From the IMG/VR virus record IMGVR_UViG_3300023202_000034, positions 8,965-72,964 of that record: 64,000 nt of DNA; one strand, 5' to 3'. The translations under genes were made by a program, and so were the position numbers. This DNA comes from a virus. The notes under the pieces are model-generated. The model saw nothing but the letters and a program-made list of their open reading frames with translations. It searched no databases and was not told the origin of the DNA. Position 1 is the first letter of the stretch. Each line of letters begins with the position of its first letter. Positions 37,569 through 47,523 of the stretch are shown piece after piece.

Positions 37569-38311
37569 GCTGCGGCTTCCTCGTCGTAGTACTCATGCAA
37601 GCGGTTCAGTACCAGCTGGCAGTCGTTGTTGATGAAGGTTTCCTTGGTATCCCACAGGCCCAGTGGTCCACGGAGCCGTTCGTTGACGGTCTCTTTGGTG
37701 AGTCGGGTCTGGAATACGTACTTGATACCCAGGTTCTCTTCTTCTGGCGTATACGTCAGGAGGGAGTTCTGGTAGTCCTTCAGATCCTTGATCTTGACCT
37801 TCTTGGCGGCAATGATGCAGGAGAAGTAACTCTCGATGCCGTTGTTTTTGAGCGAACCTTGCACCGGTACTTTGGTCTCCATGACCATATCTTTATCGTT
37901 CAGGGTGGCCAGGGTGTGCGCTGTGAAGATCACGTTCTTGGTAGACCTGGCTACATGCTGCTGCATCAGGCGCTTGAAGAATTGAGCGAAGTCGCCCCAG
38001 GCCTTACGCCCATCGGCAGACGGTGCCACATACAGAGACACATACATGTCCAGCATGTAGGTCAGAGAATCCACCACAATGGTGTGGATCTCCGGCATGG
38101 TTTCTGCAACCTGGAAGGCCTCTTCAATCTGGTGCGGATCGGTGATCACGTACTTCTTAAATTTGCTACGAAAAGGTAGCTTCTTTCCGGATTCGGTGTT
38201 GAGGTACATCACACCTTCGGGGTCTTTGAGTCCCATAAGAGACGTAGACTTACCCGCAGATGATTCACCACACACCAGAACCAGGTTGTCATTGACTTGG
38301 TTTTGGGACAT
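37565..38311 (-). CDS. AAA ATPase (N4 gp44/Sak4-like)
   Basis: GESSAGKS Walker A, IVVDS Walker B. Confidence 0.85.
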   Translation of the reverse strand: MSQNQVNDNLVLVCGESSAGKSTSLMGLKDPEGVMYLNTESGKKLPFRSKFKKYVITDPHQIEEAFQVAETMPEIHTIVVDSLTYMLDMYVSLYVAPSADGRKAWGDFAQFFKRLMQQHVARSTKNVIFTAHTLATLNDKDMVMETKVPVQGSLKNNGIESYFSCIIAAKKVKIKDLKDYQNSLLTYTPEEENLGIKYVFQTRLTKETVNERLRGPLGLWDTKETFINNDCQLVLNRLHEYYDEEAAA

Positions 38312-38382
38312 ATATCCTCCGAGGATATGAGTGAAAGGGGTTGAGGCCTGTAGACGGTAAACCCGTACAGGTAAGGGTCCGG

Positions 38383-38838
38383 CTAATTGTCAAACCAGAA
38401 CACAACACGCTGGCGGTCAGGGTCCCCGTCGAGGCCTTGAATAATGTCCTGCAGATAACCGGCCAAGGCTTGTGCGTGCTCTTCGCTGCTGATCAACAGT
38501 TCAGCTGCTTTGTTGAGCAGTTCACGCTTGGTCAGATGGTTTGGTGAGTGAGCATCACCTTCCCAGCGTCGATAAAGCCGGTCAGTGTGATCTGATGCGT
38601 CATCAGGCCAGCCTTTGATCTCGAAAGAGAAAGGCCATTCTGTGCGTACACCCGGATGCAGTAAGCCAAACAGCCAGTAGTTCCGGCCGTCATGTTGGGC
38701 TTGGTCCATATCAAACCAGCCCTCTTCATCAGGGTCTTCTGGATCGTCCTTCTCAACAGTAAAGGTGTCTGCTGCGTCGGCAATCCAATGGTCGTTCTCG
38801 TCCAGCGTTTCGCTGTACATGTGAATGTCACAGCCCAT
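38383..38838 (-). CDS. Conserved hypothetical protein (MGCDIH...)
   Basis: MGCDIH..RNYWLFGLL..RVVFWFDN. Confidence 0.7.
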   Translation of the reverse strand: MGCDIHMYSETLDENDHWIADAADTFTVEKDDPEDPDEEGWFDMDQAQHDGRNYWLFGLLHPGVRTEWPFSFEIKGWPDDASDHTDRLYRRWEGDAHSPNHLTKRELLNKAAELLISSEEHAQALAGYLQDIIQGLDGDPDRQRVVFWFDN

Positions 38839-38894
38839 GAGTTTTCCTTTTGGTGGATTCATGAAGGGGCCGAAGGCCCCCTCACGAACTGGGT

Positions 38895-41057
38895 TTATGC
38901 TGCGCGTTTAGCCAGGGCTTTACCCACGGTCACCATGATGGTGCCAATGATTTCAGCCTCGTCCAGCTTGTCAGCCAGCTTGTCGTTCAGATCCATGACA
39001 CGTCGCTGGATCTCTGAGTAGTCCTGTCCGCCGTCTACCAGGATCATGGCAAAGCGCATCAACTGGTTGTTGCGGTTACCGTCACCGGTGGTGTTGATCA
39101 CCCAACGCTCGAGATTGTCCAGAGACTGTTGATCCTGAATCTGACGCTTGCGCTCTTCGTTCTTGCTGGTTTTCGGAATGAACGGCAGGACGTCCAGTAG
39201 CTCACCTTCGCTGTACTCGTAGTGACCTGCATGAGACAGCCACTTACGGGCGCGTTGGCCTACTTGTGAATCCACTTCAAACGGAAGCCATTCAAAGATG
39301 TTCTTCATGAACTCCTTGAAGTCTTTCGCGTCCAGCTTCAGCTCGTAGTTGGTGGGAATGATGATCCGGAAGCGGTCTTCACCGTTTTCGCCGTGACGTT
39401 TTGTGGTGTAGATCATGTACTTCAGATCTTTCAGGACTGTCCGAACCAGAGCCAGGGAAGTTCCGTGGTCCACGTCTACAACAATCAGATTGAACCCGGG
39501 CAAGCAGTTGTCTTCCTGACGGTGCCCACCGGTGACGTGGTGGTTAATCCAGTGCAATCCCTGGCTTTGCGTCAGGATGTGCAGCTTGTCCCAGGGCGCA
39601 TACTCGTTCTTGTAGCCTTGGGCAATGTCCGTGGAGTAGCTCACCGTCAGCTTGTTGAGGTCCGTTGAATCCAGAGTCTCACCCCGGAGGAACTCAATGC
39701 TGCTGTCAAACCGCTTCTTGATGATGATGTTGTTCTTGTAACCCCAGGCAATGGCCAGGTTCAGGAGATCCCGTTGCTGGTTTCCTGCTTTGGGGTAGAA
39801 CGCCAGATCCTCTACCAGATCGGCTTGTGTCACTTCATCCCGGTTGTTGGCCATGTACTTGGCCAGTTTCACGTAGGAACGGTCACGGTTCTGGATACGA
39901 CTGAAAGCTTCACCGGATTCTTCGGCTGAGCGGATAGCGGCCTTGTAATGTTCAGGCAGAATTTCCGGACTCTCGTCGATGAAGGCGTAAGCACCGGCCA
40001 GTTTCATGGCCTTGAAGAATCGTTGACGCATCTCTGAGCGTGCCAGGTCCTGATGCAGTGGCAAGTGGTGAGCTCGAAGAGCACAGTCGTTCTCGTACTG
40101 GTAGTACAGCAGGGCGGTTTCGTCCGGTACGATCAGTTGCTTGTGCGCATTGATCATGTTGGACAGTTTGCCCAGATGCTTGGCAGCTTCCGCCAGAGAG
40201 GTGTCCTGTTCCATGCTCTTGGCTTTGGCGACTTTTTCAGCTGGGGAGAGCAGGTCGGGATCTTCCATCACAACGTCGTCATTGACGAAGCCAAAGAAGC
40301 AGCGACGTGCGTAACCCATACCCAACAAGTTGTTGAACACTTCTTCAGTACGGCCACCATCGAGCAGGCCTTGAGGCACACCAAACAACATCATGTTGGT
40401 TGGGGTAATGCCCTGGATTTCTTCGTTCCGGATCGACTCTGTGGTGTTTTTCACCAACTTCTGTTTCACCTTCCCGTCAAACAGTTCCAGGAACAATCCC
40501 ATAATGTCGATGTTGCCAATCAGGTTGGCGCCAATTTCATCCACCTGGAAGTTCATGGCACCACCGTTGGCCATCAGCAGCATGTTGCGTTGCTGTTTAA
40601 TCGCCGGTGCAGTACCCGAGTCAAAGCTGAACAGCATCGTGCCGTGGCTTTCAAACTCACGACGTACCCGCTCGGCTTCTTCGTCCGGGTCCTTGTTCTT
40701 ACGTGCCGCACGTTCCAAAGCCAGCTTGGGGATGTTCATTTCCGCCAGCAGTGGCATGGTCTGGTTGACGAACATGGTGCGGAACTGGTGGATGACCTCG
40801 TCTTCAATAATGGCGGTGGAGTGTCCTTTACCAAAACCAGAAGGTGCCAGGTTGATCATGAATGCGTTGACCGGCTGAGGGGCTTTACCCTCTTGCTTGA
40901 TCATGGTGCGCATCATGGAGGCCACGATGGTCAGGTAGTAGTTCACATGGTTTCGGAAGAAGGAAGTTTCCTTGGTTCCGATTCGGTTACAGATGCTGGT
41001 CACCAACCGTTCTGCGAACGGGAAGTGATCCAGGTTGTCGTAGTCAATCTCGCTCAT
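38895..41057 (-). CDS. DNA primase/replication protein (N4 gp43-like)
   Basis: APSGFGKG, VVDVDHG, YTTKRH, GNRNNQL (PriCT-like). Confidence 0.88.
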   Translation of the reverse strand: MSEIDYDNLDHFPFAERLVTSICNRIGTKETSFFRNHVNYYLTIVASMMRTMIKQEGKAPQPVNAFMINLAPSGFGKGHSTAIIEDEVIHQFRTMFVNQTMPLLAEMNIPKLALERAARKNKDPDEEAERVRREFESHGTMLFSFDSGTAPAIKQQRNMLLMANGGAMNFQVDEIGANLIGNIDIMGLFLELFDGKVKQKLVKNTTESIRNEEIQGITPTNMMLFGVPQGLLDGGRTEEVFNNLLGMGYARRCFFGFVNDDVVMEDPDLLSPAEKVAKAKSMEQDTSLAEAAKHLGKLSNMINAHKQLIVPDETALLYYQYENDCALRAHHLPLHQDLARSEMRQRFFKAMKLAGAYAFIDESPEILPEHYKAAIRSAEESGEAFSRIQNRDRSYVKLAKYMANNRDEVTQADLVEDLAFYPKAGNQQRDLLNLAIAWGYKNNIIIKKRFDSSIEFLRGETLDSTDLNKLTVSYSTDIAQGYKNEYAPWDKLHILTQSQGLHWINHHVTGGHRQEDNCLPGFNLIVVDVDHGTSLALVRTVLKDLKYMIYTTKRHGENGEDRFRIIIPTNYELKLDAKDFKEFMKNIFEWLPFEVDSQVGQRARKWLSHAGHYEYSEGELLDVLPFIPKTSKNEERKRQIQDQQSLDNLERWVINTTGDGNRNNQLMRFAMILVDGGQDYSEIQRRVMDLNDKLADKLDEAEIIGTIMVTVGKALAKRAA

Positions 41058-41068
41058 AACAGCTCCGG

Positions 41069-42046
41069 CTAGAGGATCAGTGAACCGTCCGCAATCAGAG
41101 CGTCTTTCTGTGAACAGACACTAAATGCAGGACAGTATTTACACGCCACAACTTCACCAGGCTTCTCCACCACGATGCCGACGTTCTTATCCGCGGCTAA
41201 GCGGGCGTAGGCTTCTTGCTGGTTATCGAAGTTCTTGGTGCTGCGGCTCATTTTTTCAGGGTTCTTGTAGTACTTCCACTGAGGGGCTTTTCTCCACAGT
41301 TCTTTGTCTGTACAGAGCGGGATCTGATCTTCCGGGGCATCCTTGTAGAAGTCGATCTGCTGCAGCTTCTTGACCACAAACTGCTCGGTCTCTTTCAGAC
41401 TCATCAGAGGAAAAGCCACAGAGACAATCTGGTTTGGTGGATACCCAGGTTCACGAGACCTGGCGGATTGCCAATCCATGAAGATGTAATGAATCCGCAT
41501 CTGGTCACTGGTGATGATGTCTGGGGACAACCACCGGTAGATGCTGCCCTGCAGGATGTAGTCTTCATCTTTGGTGCTGTTGATGAAGGTGAACACCGAC
41601 GTGGATTTGAAATCCTCCACCTGACCTTCGGCTACGAAGTCGTACTTACCGGATATCCGGACACCGTTAATGTCCTTGTAGCGACGTTGCTCCATGTACA
41701 CAGGAACAATGTCCGGGTCTTGGGCCAAGTCTTCTGGTGAGGGGTTGACCCGCACACGGTCGATCAGCCGCTTGGGGTAGCCCAACTCAGTGAGGGCAAC
41801 CTGATAGTTGTCTTTCCAGGCACGCTCAATACCGTCATGAATGGCATTACCCAGTCGAGACTTCACCAGGTTGGACACATCCGTAATGGATTCAGACGGC
41901 GGTACCCGTCCAGCCAGAATGATTTGTCTCAGTGGTTTAATCAGGGCGGTTGCAGAAACGGTTTGATCGTCATGATCGTAATGATCCGTTGCCAAAAACA
42001 CAGCAACAGCTAAGGGTATATTCCCCTCGTTGATGTATTTACGCAT
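41069..42046 (-). CDS. PD-(D/E)XK exonuclease (N4 gp42-like)
   Basis: SGKYDF..EDFKSTS..QGSIYRW, CKYCPAFSVC. Confidence 0.85.
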   Translation of the reverse strand: MRKYINEGNIPLAVAVFLATDHYDHDDQTVSATALIKPLRQIILAGRVPPSESITDVSNLVKSRLGNAIHDGIERAWKDNYQVALTELGYPKRLIDRVRVNPSPEDLAQDPDIVPVYMEQRRYKDINGVRISGKYDFVAEGQVEDFKSTSVFTFINSTKDEDYILQGSIYRWLSPDIITSDQMRIHYIFMDWQSARSREPGYPPNQIVSVAFPLMSLKETEQFVVKKLQQIDFYKDAPEDQIPLCTDKELWRKAPQWKYYKNPEKMSRSTKNFDNQQEAYARLAADKNVGIVVEKPGEVVACKYCPAFSVCSQKDALIADGSLIL

Positions 42047-42086
42047 GGGTTAAGTCCTTGAATGAAATACACGGGGTAATATCCCG

Positions 42087-42332
42087 TTATTGTGGGAGGT
42101 TGTAAGCTTTAATGATTGTAGGTTCCAGTACTTCACCAAACCAATTGAAGTAACGTACCTCCGTTAAGTATTGGTCTTTGGTAAGTACTACTCTTTCACC
42201 GGGGACTAGGATTCGGTAATACCGGTATTGTCCCTTAACTGTTAACAAGCAATAGCCTGTAGTAAATCGAGGGGTATACCGGTACAGAAAATCACATCCA
42301 CGGTTAAACTTTCGGATAATTAAACGGAGCAT
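42087..42332 (-). CDS. Hypothetical protein
   Basis: 81-aa ORF, TAATG-coupled to the upstream gene. Confidence 0.5.
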   Translation of the reverse strand: MLRLIIRKFNRGCDFLYRYTPRFTTGYCLLTVKGQYRYYRILVPGERVVLTKDQYLTEVRYFNWFGEVLEPTIIKAYNLPQ

Positions 42333-42772
42333 TACGCTTCCTGTGACAGTGCTCGCGTCTCAATGGCCACCATACGCTGACCGAAGTGAGCTACCTTCTG
42401 TGCATTCCTCAGCGGAGTATCTCCAGGTTTGCCGTTACCAAAGCGATCCGCACATTTGCGCCAGATAGCCTTGAAGGCTTCTCCTTCCTGGAAGGTCATG
42501 CCGAGGGCTTCGATGATATCTTCACACTCAGCCGTATAGGCCTTAAGGCGCTTGGGGTGGGTAATGTCCACGAGCCAGTAGTCATTATCACCACCAGAGG
42601 ATTGCTTAGCTTCTAGCAATACACCGGTGTTTCCTTGACTGAAACTACGTGTGTTTGATTTGTTGGTTTGCCGTTGTGTAGGTGCTTCTTTCATTAAGCA
42701 CTCTACGCAGTAATCCAGATCGTGCATCGGATTTATTTCATGGGAACAACCAATGTTTTTACATTGCGGCAT
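42332..42772 (-). CDS. Hypothetical protein (DUF3310-like C-terminus)
   Basis: ECEDIIEALGMTFQEGEAFKAIWR; N-terminal Cys cluster. Confidence 0.65.
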   Translation of the reverse strand: MPQCKNIGCSHEINPMHDLDYCVECLMKEAPTQRQTNKSNTRSFSQGNTGVLLEAKQSSGGDNDYWLVDITHPKRLKAYTAECEDIIEALGMTFQEGEAFKAIWRKCADRFGNGKPGDTPLRNAQKVAHFGQRMVAIETRALSQEA

Positions 42773-42809
42773 GGTTTACCTGTATATATCGAGCAGGGGA
42801 GTTGCTTAT

Positions 42810-43202
42810 TTAAACAGAAAAATGATCCTCAAGGAAAGGTAAAACAAACTTGACTGCTCTTAAATACTTTTGAGCCTGCTTTTTACCTAAATCAGTCATG
42901 GTTTGTATTTCACGAACATTTATCATCTCGATACATTGAAGGATGTTATAGAGACGGTTTATGTTCAATGGCCTGGAATCATTACTGTCCAGTCGTGATG
43001 CAGCATCAATCCACTCAGCCACTTCGCACCCAGGTGTGTTGGGCCGAACAAATTGCATCGGAACCAGTACGGTGTTGGGTACGTTGGAGGCTCGTGGTTG
43101 CTTCTGCGTGTTCGCCTTACCGGCGTAACGTATCCGGTCAATCCCGGAGTTACCTAACCTCTTGGAAAGGTTAGTCATTTCGATGATTGGGGCAATATGC
43201 AT
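42810..43202 (-). CDS. Hypothetical protein with C-terminal HTH (about 130 aa)
   Basis: INVREIQTMTDLGKKQAQKYLRAV; start uncertain. Confidence 0.55.
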   Translation of the reverse strand: MHIAPIIEMTNLSKRLGNSGIDRIRYAGKANTQKQPRASNVPNTVLVPMQFVRPNTPGCEVAEWIDAASRLDSNDSRPLNINRLYNILQCIEMINVREIQTMTDLGKKQAQKYLRAVKFVLPFLEDHFSV

Positions 43203-43360
43203 AGGGTCTTCTGTAAAACGCCTCTTATATATAGGGGGTAATTCCCCCAGGTCCTCCGGTCTGTCAGACCTGAAGGAATTACCCCCGCTTCGCATCTCTT
43301 CTGCTCATCTACCTTCCACCCTTCTGGGTGGTGCATTCACTGCCCGGAGGGCAGCTAACC

Positions 43361-43765
43361 CTACTTTGCAAGAGGAAAGAAGGTTTCTGCTTGTTTCATG
43401 GCTTCAAGGAAATGCTCTTTGAATTCGCTGCTAAACCATTCGGTAGTACCCTTACTGGGTACAGCCTCGAAGAAGTTATTGATCGTTGTCAGGATTCTGG
43501 CTTCAACTTCTACAGCATCCTGAAACATTTCAGTAACCGCAACAAGCTGAACAGAGTTCCTTGGTCTATTTGAATTATACGCTAGTAACCTCTTGTGAAG
43601 GTTGGATGTTCTTCCGATCTTGATATAGTCAGGTTCGGTACAATCATGGACCATGTAGATGAACCCCCGATTGTCTGGGGGTACTACAAAGCTCTCTGTT
43701 GAGATTGCAACCAGAGGGTTTCCATCTTCTCGTAGATAACGCATGTACTTACTCCGTGATGGCAA
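43361..43765 (-). CDS. GIY-YIG / T5orf172-like nuclease-domain protein
   Basis: GFIYMV..YIKIGRTSNLHKRL..EWF. Confidence 0.78.
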   Translation of the reverse strand: MPSRSKYMRYLREDGNPLVAISTESFVVPPDNRGFIYMVHDCTEPDYIKIGRTSNLHKRLLAYNSNRPRNSVQLVAVTEMFQDAVEVEARILTTINNFFEAVPSKGTTEWFSSEFKEHFLEAMKQAETFFPLAK

Positions 43766-43837
43766 TAGCCCCTACCGCTCCGCTTCGGGGCTATTGCCTG
43801 GTTCGGTCACCCGCTCCTGGGTGTCAACTATCATGGC

Positions 43838-46800
43838 TTAGATTTCGCAGGCACCCCCACTGCACGCCTGAGCGCCGGTGGTATTGATATCGACATACTT
43901 GGGTTGTGTGAGTACCGCGGTAAAGTCGATGGGCTTCAGAGACCGCTCAATGGCCTTCCAGCGGTGCAGGTTGTACACGTCCTTGAGGCAATCGGTGGTG
44001 GCCTGGAGGTCACCTGAGAAATACCGTTCTGCAAATTGCAGCGCACGACGTACCCAGTCCCGCTTCAGAAGATCGTGAGAGCCATGCTGCGACAGGTTCT
44101 TACCTTTCTCCGTGGCTTCAAAGCAGGCTGCCCAGAGGTCACTGTTGAAGGCATGCAGGCCATCGACCAGCAAACCCGAGGCAAACATGGCGGCATCACC
44201 GTACTTGGTATAGATCTCATCACCGGTCAGGACTTCCTGGAACGGGGCTTGGGGATACGCCTTGTCGCCGCCTTTGGCCAGCAGGGATACCCCGGCAAAC
44301 CACTGACGATTGTCGTACAGATACTGCTCGACCTCGTCCCAGTCATCGACTGAAATGGTATTGGAGACGTTGTGACGTAGACGTTTATCCACGCAGAACT
44401 CATCCGCAGTACCATACTCTACCCAGAACTGTTGGGCTTTCTTGACATAATCCAGTTGCTTCACACCCAACAGATCCCGTTTGAAAATGGAACCTTCCTT
44501 GGCAATCAGCGGGAAGCTGACCATCTTATCGGTACCGGTGGCCGACCAAACAGAGTCTTCAACCATTTCCGGATTCTGGCGGATGATCTCTTGCAGGCCT
44601 TCATCCATTTCGTTCATCTGCATGTTGCGGAAGAAGCGAGGTGAGTGTTCACCGTGAATACCTGAGGAGGTCCCGAGCATGACGGAGGCATTACCACTGG
44701 GCTTGACACAAGTTGTCCGTGCGGCCGGGTTGATACCTAACAGTTTGGCCATGATCTCATTGGTTTTGCGGACTTCCAGGGCGCCGGCTTGCATGTTGAA
44801 CTCGTCGAACAGTACGTCCGGGTTGTTCATCCAGCCAGTGATGGAGACACCAATAAGGGCTTCACGTTCTACAATGGACTGGGTAACCCCGTCATCGTCC
44901 ATGTGAGGAAAGTGGGTGTACCCAGCTTGCAGTGTACCGATGATGGAGCCAGCTTTGGCTGCAATCAAAAGATCTTCCAGGGTGTTGCACTTGGAACCGT
45001 TGATTTCGGAGAGGTTACACATCTGCCAGCCAGAACGGCCTTGTGCATCGTAGCCTCGCATACCGATTTCAACACAGGGATTGAATACAAATTCCAGATC
45101 TTCTGTGAAGATAAAACCAGGCTCACCAAAGTCACGGACAGACTTCATGATGTGAGCCCACTCTTCCCGGGTCAGCTCGTCACGCTTGAGAACGACGGAG
45201 TTGTTGGATCGTCCCCGTTGTGGGTTCTCGTTGAACCAGTTACCGGTCTTGGCGTTCAACATCTCCTGATCGTCTTTGCTGAACATACAGATGGTGGCTG
45301 ATCGACGTACACCGCCACTGAGGACCGCATCAGCCAGGTGCATGACAATGTCGTACACATGGATGGGTCTGAGGCGATTACCTTCTCTGGTGGCTCTCTG
45401 GAGCAGTTCTTCGACCTTTGTCAGAGAACTCCGTAAACCATCAGGTCCGGGTGCTTTGAAGCCACCGGAAATCAGTGCACCTTTTGGACGAATCAAGCCA
45501 TAGTCAAAGTTGACGTGATAACCCTGGTACTCTGGTTTGGGGGCATCGGATTCCAGGAAAGAAGAGATCAGGGCATGCACTGCATCTTTCCAGCCTTCAA
45601 TACTGTCCTCAATGACGAACAGCTTACTCTCGGAACTGCGTGCTTTGATGTTGGGCAACTTGGCAACGTGGTGCTTCTGCACGGAGAAGCCAGCACCTGT
45701 ACCGCATAACAGCAGATATAGAGCCTGACCAAAGAAGATCGATCGATCGGCGTAGGTCGCTGCACAGTTACCTGTTACCACTCCGTTGGGCATGATGAAC
45801 GAACGGTCTTGATTTACTTCTAAGCACCAGGCAATACCGGATTTTACGGCTGGCTCGATTGCTTTGACCTTCCAGCCTGCATTGTATTTGGAGCCCATAT
45901 TATCTGAAGTACGGAAACTAATTGTGTAAGGACGTTTTCCTAAGTTGGTTTGCTGATCAGTAAGATCAGTCTCAGAAATAATCCAGACTCCAGCGATAGG
46001 GAAACATTTACGTATAAAATCAATGTGATCCGTATCTGAGCATTGAATTGAAGTGTACCGGGTACCGTGGTTATTACGGCTTTTCTCACCATCTGCTTGA
46101 AGATAACCGGCAACAAATGCTCGGACCATCTCAGGGGAATCTACAGAAGGATCTGGGGCGGTTTTTAGGTAGGTACCCGTGTAAGCATACGCATCACCTT
46201 TTAGCGAATCGTGCGTCCCTGTTTTGAAGCCCATTTCCTCAAAACGTTCTACAAACCGAGCATCTTTTCCACAAAGCCTGATCATGGAGTAAGTATGTGT
46301 CCCGTTTTTCTTAACACGGGTACCGTCCCCATAGACCATCCCATAACACCAGTAAAGGCGTTCTGTAGGTGTTGCTAAGTCGTAATCAAACTCACCGAAT
46401 GCGTTTTGAGGTTTCAGTAGGTTATCGCCTACTGAAAGGGTGGTGGTTTCAGAACCATCCTTGAGTAACCATCTGTGGTCAGATGTAGCAAAAACTTCCG
46501 TTTCATTAGTTCCTTTACAGAGGGTGATGCGGTTAAATTTTTGATGCCCGTAGGAGCGGACAATTGCTTTTTGCCACTTACCTGTGTGGGAAGCAACAAC
46601 CACTTCTTCACCGTCCTTACAATCACGAAAAGACCTGACACCTGCAGAGGTTACGAACTGCTCGGCTTCGTCAAAACAGTTGTAGACCTTGGCTTCGTGC
46701 TTGAAGATCTGATCACCACCAAACTGCAGTGTCCGTTGTGCCGCCAGCAGACGCTGGTCGAGATAGGCGTCTTCAGCAAACTGGATCATTTCTTCCAGTT

Positions 46801-46993
46801 CTGGTGTCATACGGTCTGCGTACTTTGTGCGGTGCATGTTCATGACACGCTTGACTGCTTGTTCCCAACTTTCAAACGCTGCTACATCTTCTTGCCAACG
46901 GGAATAGTCCATAAAGAACTTGGCATCCTGCATCATGGTTTGACCAATGCCCTTGGCAATAGGCGATTTATCAAACGAAAGGATTTCTCCCAT
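43838..46993 (-). CDS. nrdJ: Class II (B12-dependent) ribonucleotide reductase with intein
   Basis: YNC, GGVRRSA, FNPCVEI, TCVKPSGN, C-terminal CSGGAC; no terminal YY pair and no nrdB seen. Confidence 0.85.
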   Translation of the reverse strand: MGEILSFDKSPIAKGIGQTMMQDAKFFMDYSRWQEDVAAFESWEQAVKRVMNMHRTKYADRMTPELEEMIQFAEDAYLDQRLLAAQRTLQFGGDQIFKHEAKVYNCFDEAEQFVTSAGVRSFRDCKDGEEVVVASHTGKWQKAIVRSYGHQKFNRITLCKGTNETEVFATSDHRWLLKDGSETTTLSVGDNLLKPQNAFGEFDYDLATPTERLYWCYGMVYGDGTRVKKNGTHTYSMIRLCGKDARFVERFEEMGFKTGTHDSLKGDAYAYTGTYLKTAPDPSVDSPEMVRAFVAGYLQADGEKSRNNHGTRYTSIQCSDTDHIDFIRKCFPIAGVWIISETDLTDQQTNLGKRPYTISFRTSDNMGSKYNAGWKVKAIEPAVKSGIAWCLEVNQDRSFIMPNGVVTGNCAATYADRSIFFGQALYLLLCGTGAGFSVQKHHVAKLPNIKARSSESKLFVIEDSIEGWKDAVHALISSFLESDAPKPEYQGYHVNFDYGLIRPKGALISGGFKAPGPDGLRSSLTKVEELLQRATREGNRLRPIHVYDIVMHLADAVLSGGVRRSATICMFSKDDQEMLNAKTGNWFNENPQRGRSNNSVVLKRDELTREEWAHIMKSVRDFGEPGFIFTEDLEFVFNPCVEIGMRGYDAQGRSGWQMCNLSEINGSKCNTLEDLLIAAKAGSIIGTLQAGYTHFPHMDDDGVTQSIVEREALIGVSITGWMNNPDVLFDEFNMQAGALEVRKTNEIMAKLLGINPAARTTCVKPSGNASVMLGTSSGIHGEHSPRFFRNMQMNEMDEGLQEIIRQNPEMVEDSVWSATGTDKMVSFPLIAKEGSIFKRDLLGVKQLDYVKKAQQFWVEYGTADEFCVDKRLRHNVSNTISVDDWDEVEQYLYDNRQWFAGVSLLAKGGDKAYPQAPFQEVLTGDEIYTKYGDAAMFASGLLVDGLHAFNSDLWAACFEATEKGKNLSQHGSHDLLKRDWVRRALQFAERYFSGDLQATTDCLKDVYNLHRWKAIERSLKPIDFTAVLTQPKYVDINTTGAQACSGGACEI
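45767..46678 (-). mobile_element. Intein (304 aa) with LAGLIDADG-like endonuclease in NrdJ
   Basis: CFDEAEQ...TSDHRW...GVVTGN/C; YGMVYGDG and AGYLQADG; removal restores VYN-CAAT. Confidence 0.9.
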
Positions 46994-47018
46994 AAATAAC
47001 TCCTGAAAGGTATGAGAT

Positions 47019-47045
47019 AAAAAAGGGCCAGAGATTTCTGGCCCT
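47019..47045 (-). terminator. Terminator after thyX
   Basis: AGGGCCAGA-AATC-TCTGGCCCT followed by a T run. Confidence 0.65.
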
Positions 47046-47095
47046 ATAAGGGAACGGACTATGTAATCAGAAGTAAAACAGGTTTGCCTGTTTAT

Positions 47096-47523
47096 TTAGT
47101 CTACAAGTGCCGACCAAGAGACTGGATAAAGTGGTCTGATAATCTCATCCCATTGTTTAGCCAGGTCTTGGATTTCTTTTTGGGCATGAGCATCACTGCG
47201 TTGAATATACGCGTTGGCCCAGGCATAGAGTGAGCCGGTTACCCAGTAGGTTGTAAGCATGGATTGAGGCAGAACCATCCTGGCCTGTTCGGGGGCAATG
47301 CCGCGATTGATCATCTGGGTATAGAGCAGGCGAGCGTCTTCAACGAAGTTCTCATACTCGGACTTCCAGTACCCCTGTTGAGTGTCGGAGACACCTCCAC
47401 CACTACCTTGCTTAATGCCACCGACTGGACGGGCACGCCAGACTTCCGGCTCGTGAAACTCCGGCGTATCATCCACATAGCGACGACTTATCTCGTTATA
47501 GGTGAAACCAACCATGTGTTTGA
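47096..47523 (-). CDS. thyX: Flavin-dependent thymidylate synthase, exon 2
   Basis: (F)KHMVGFTYNEISRRY, APEQARMVLPQ, HAQKEI. Confidence 0.9.
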
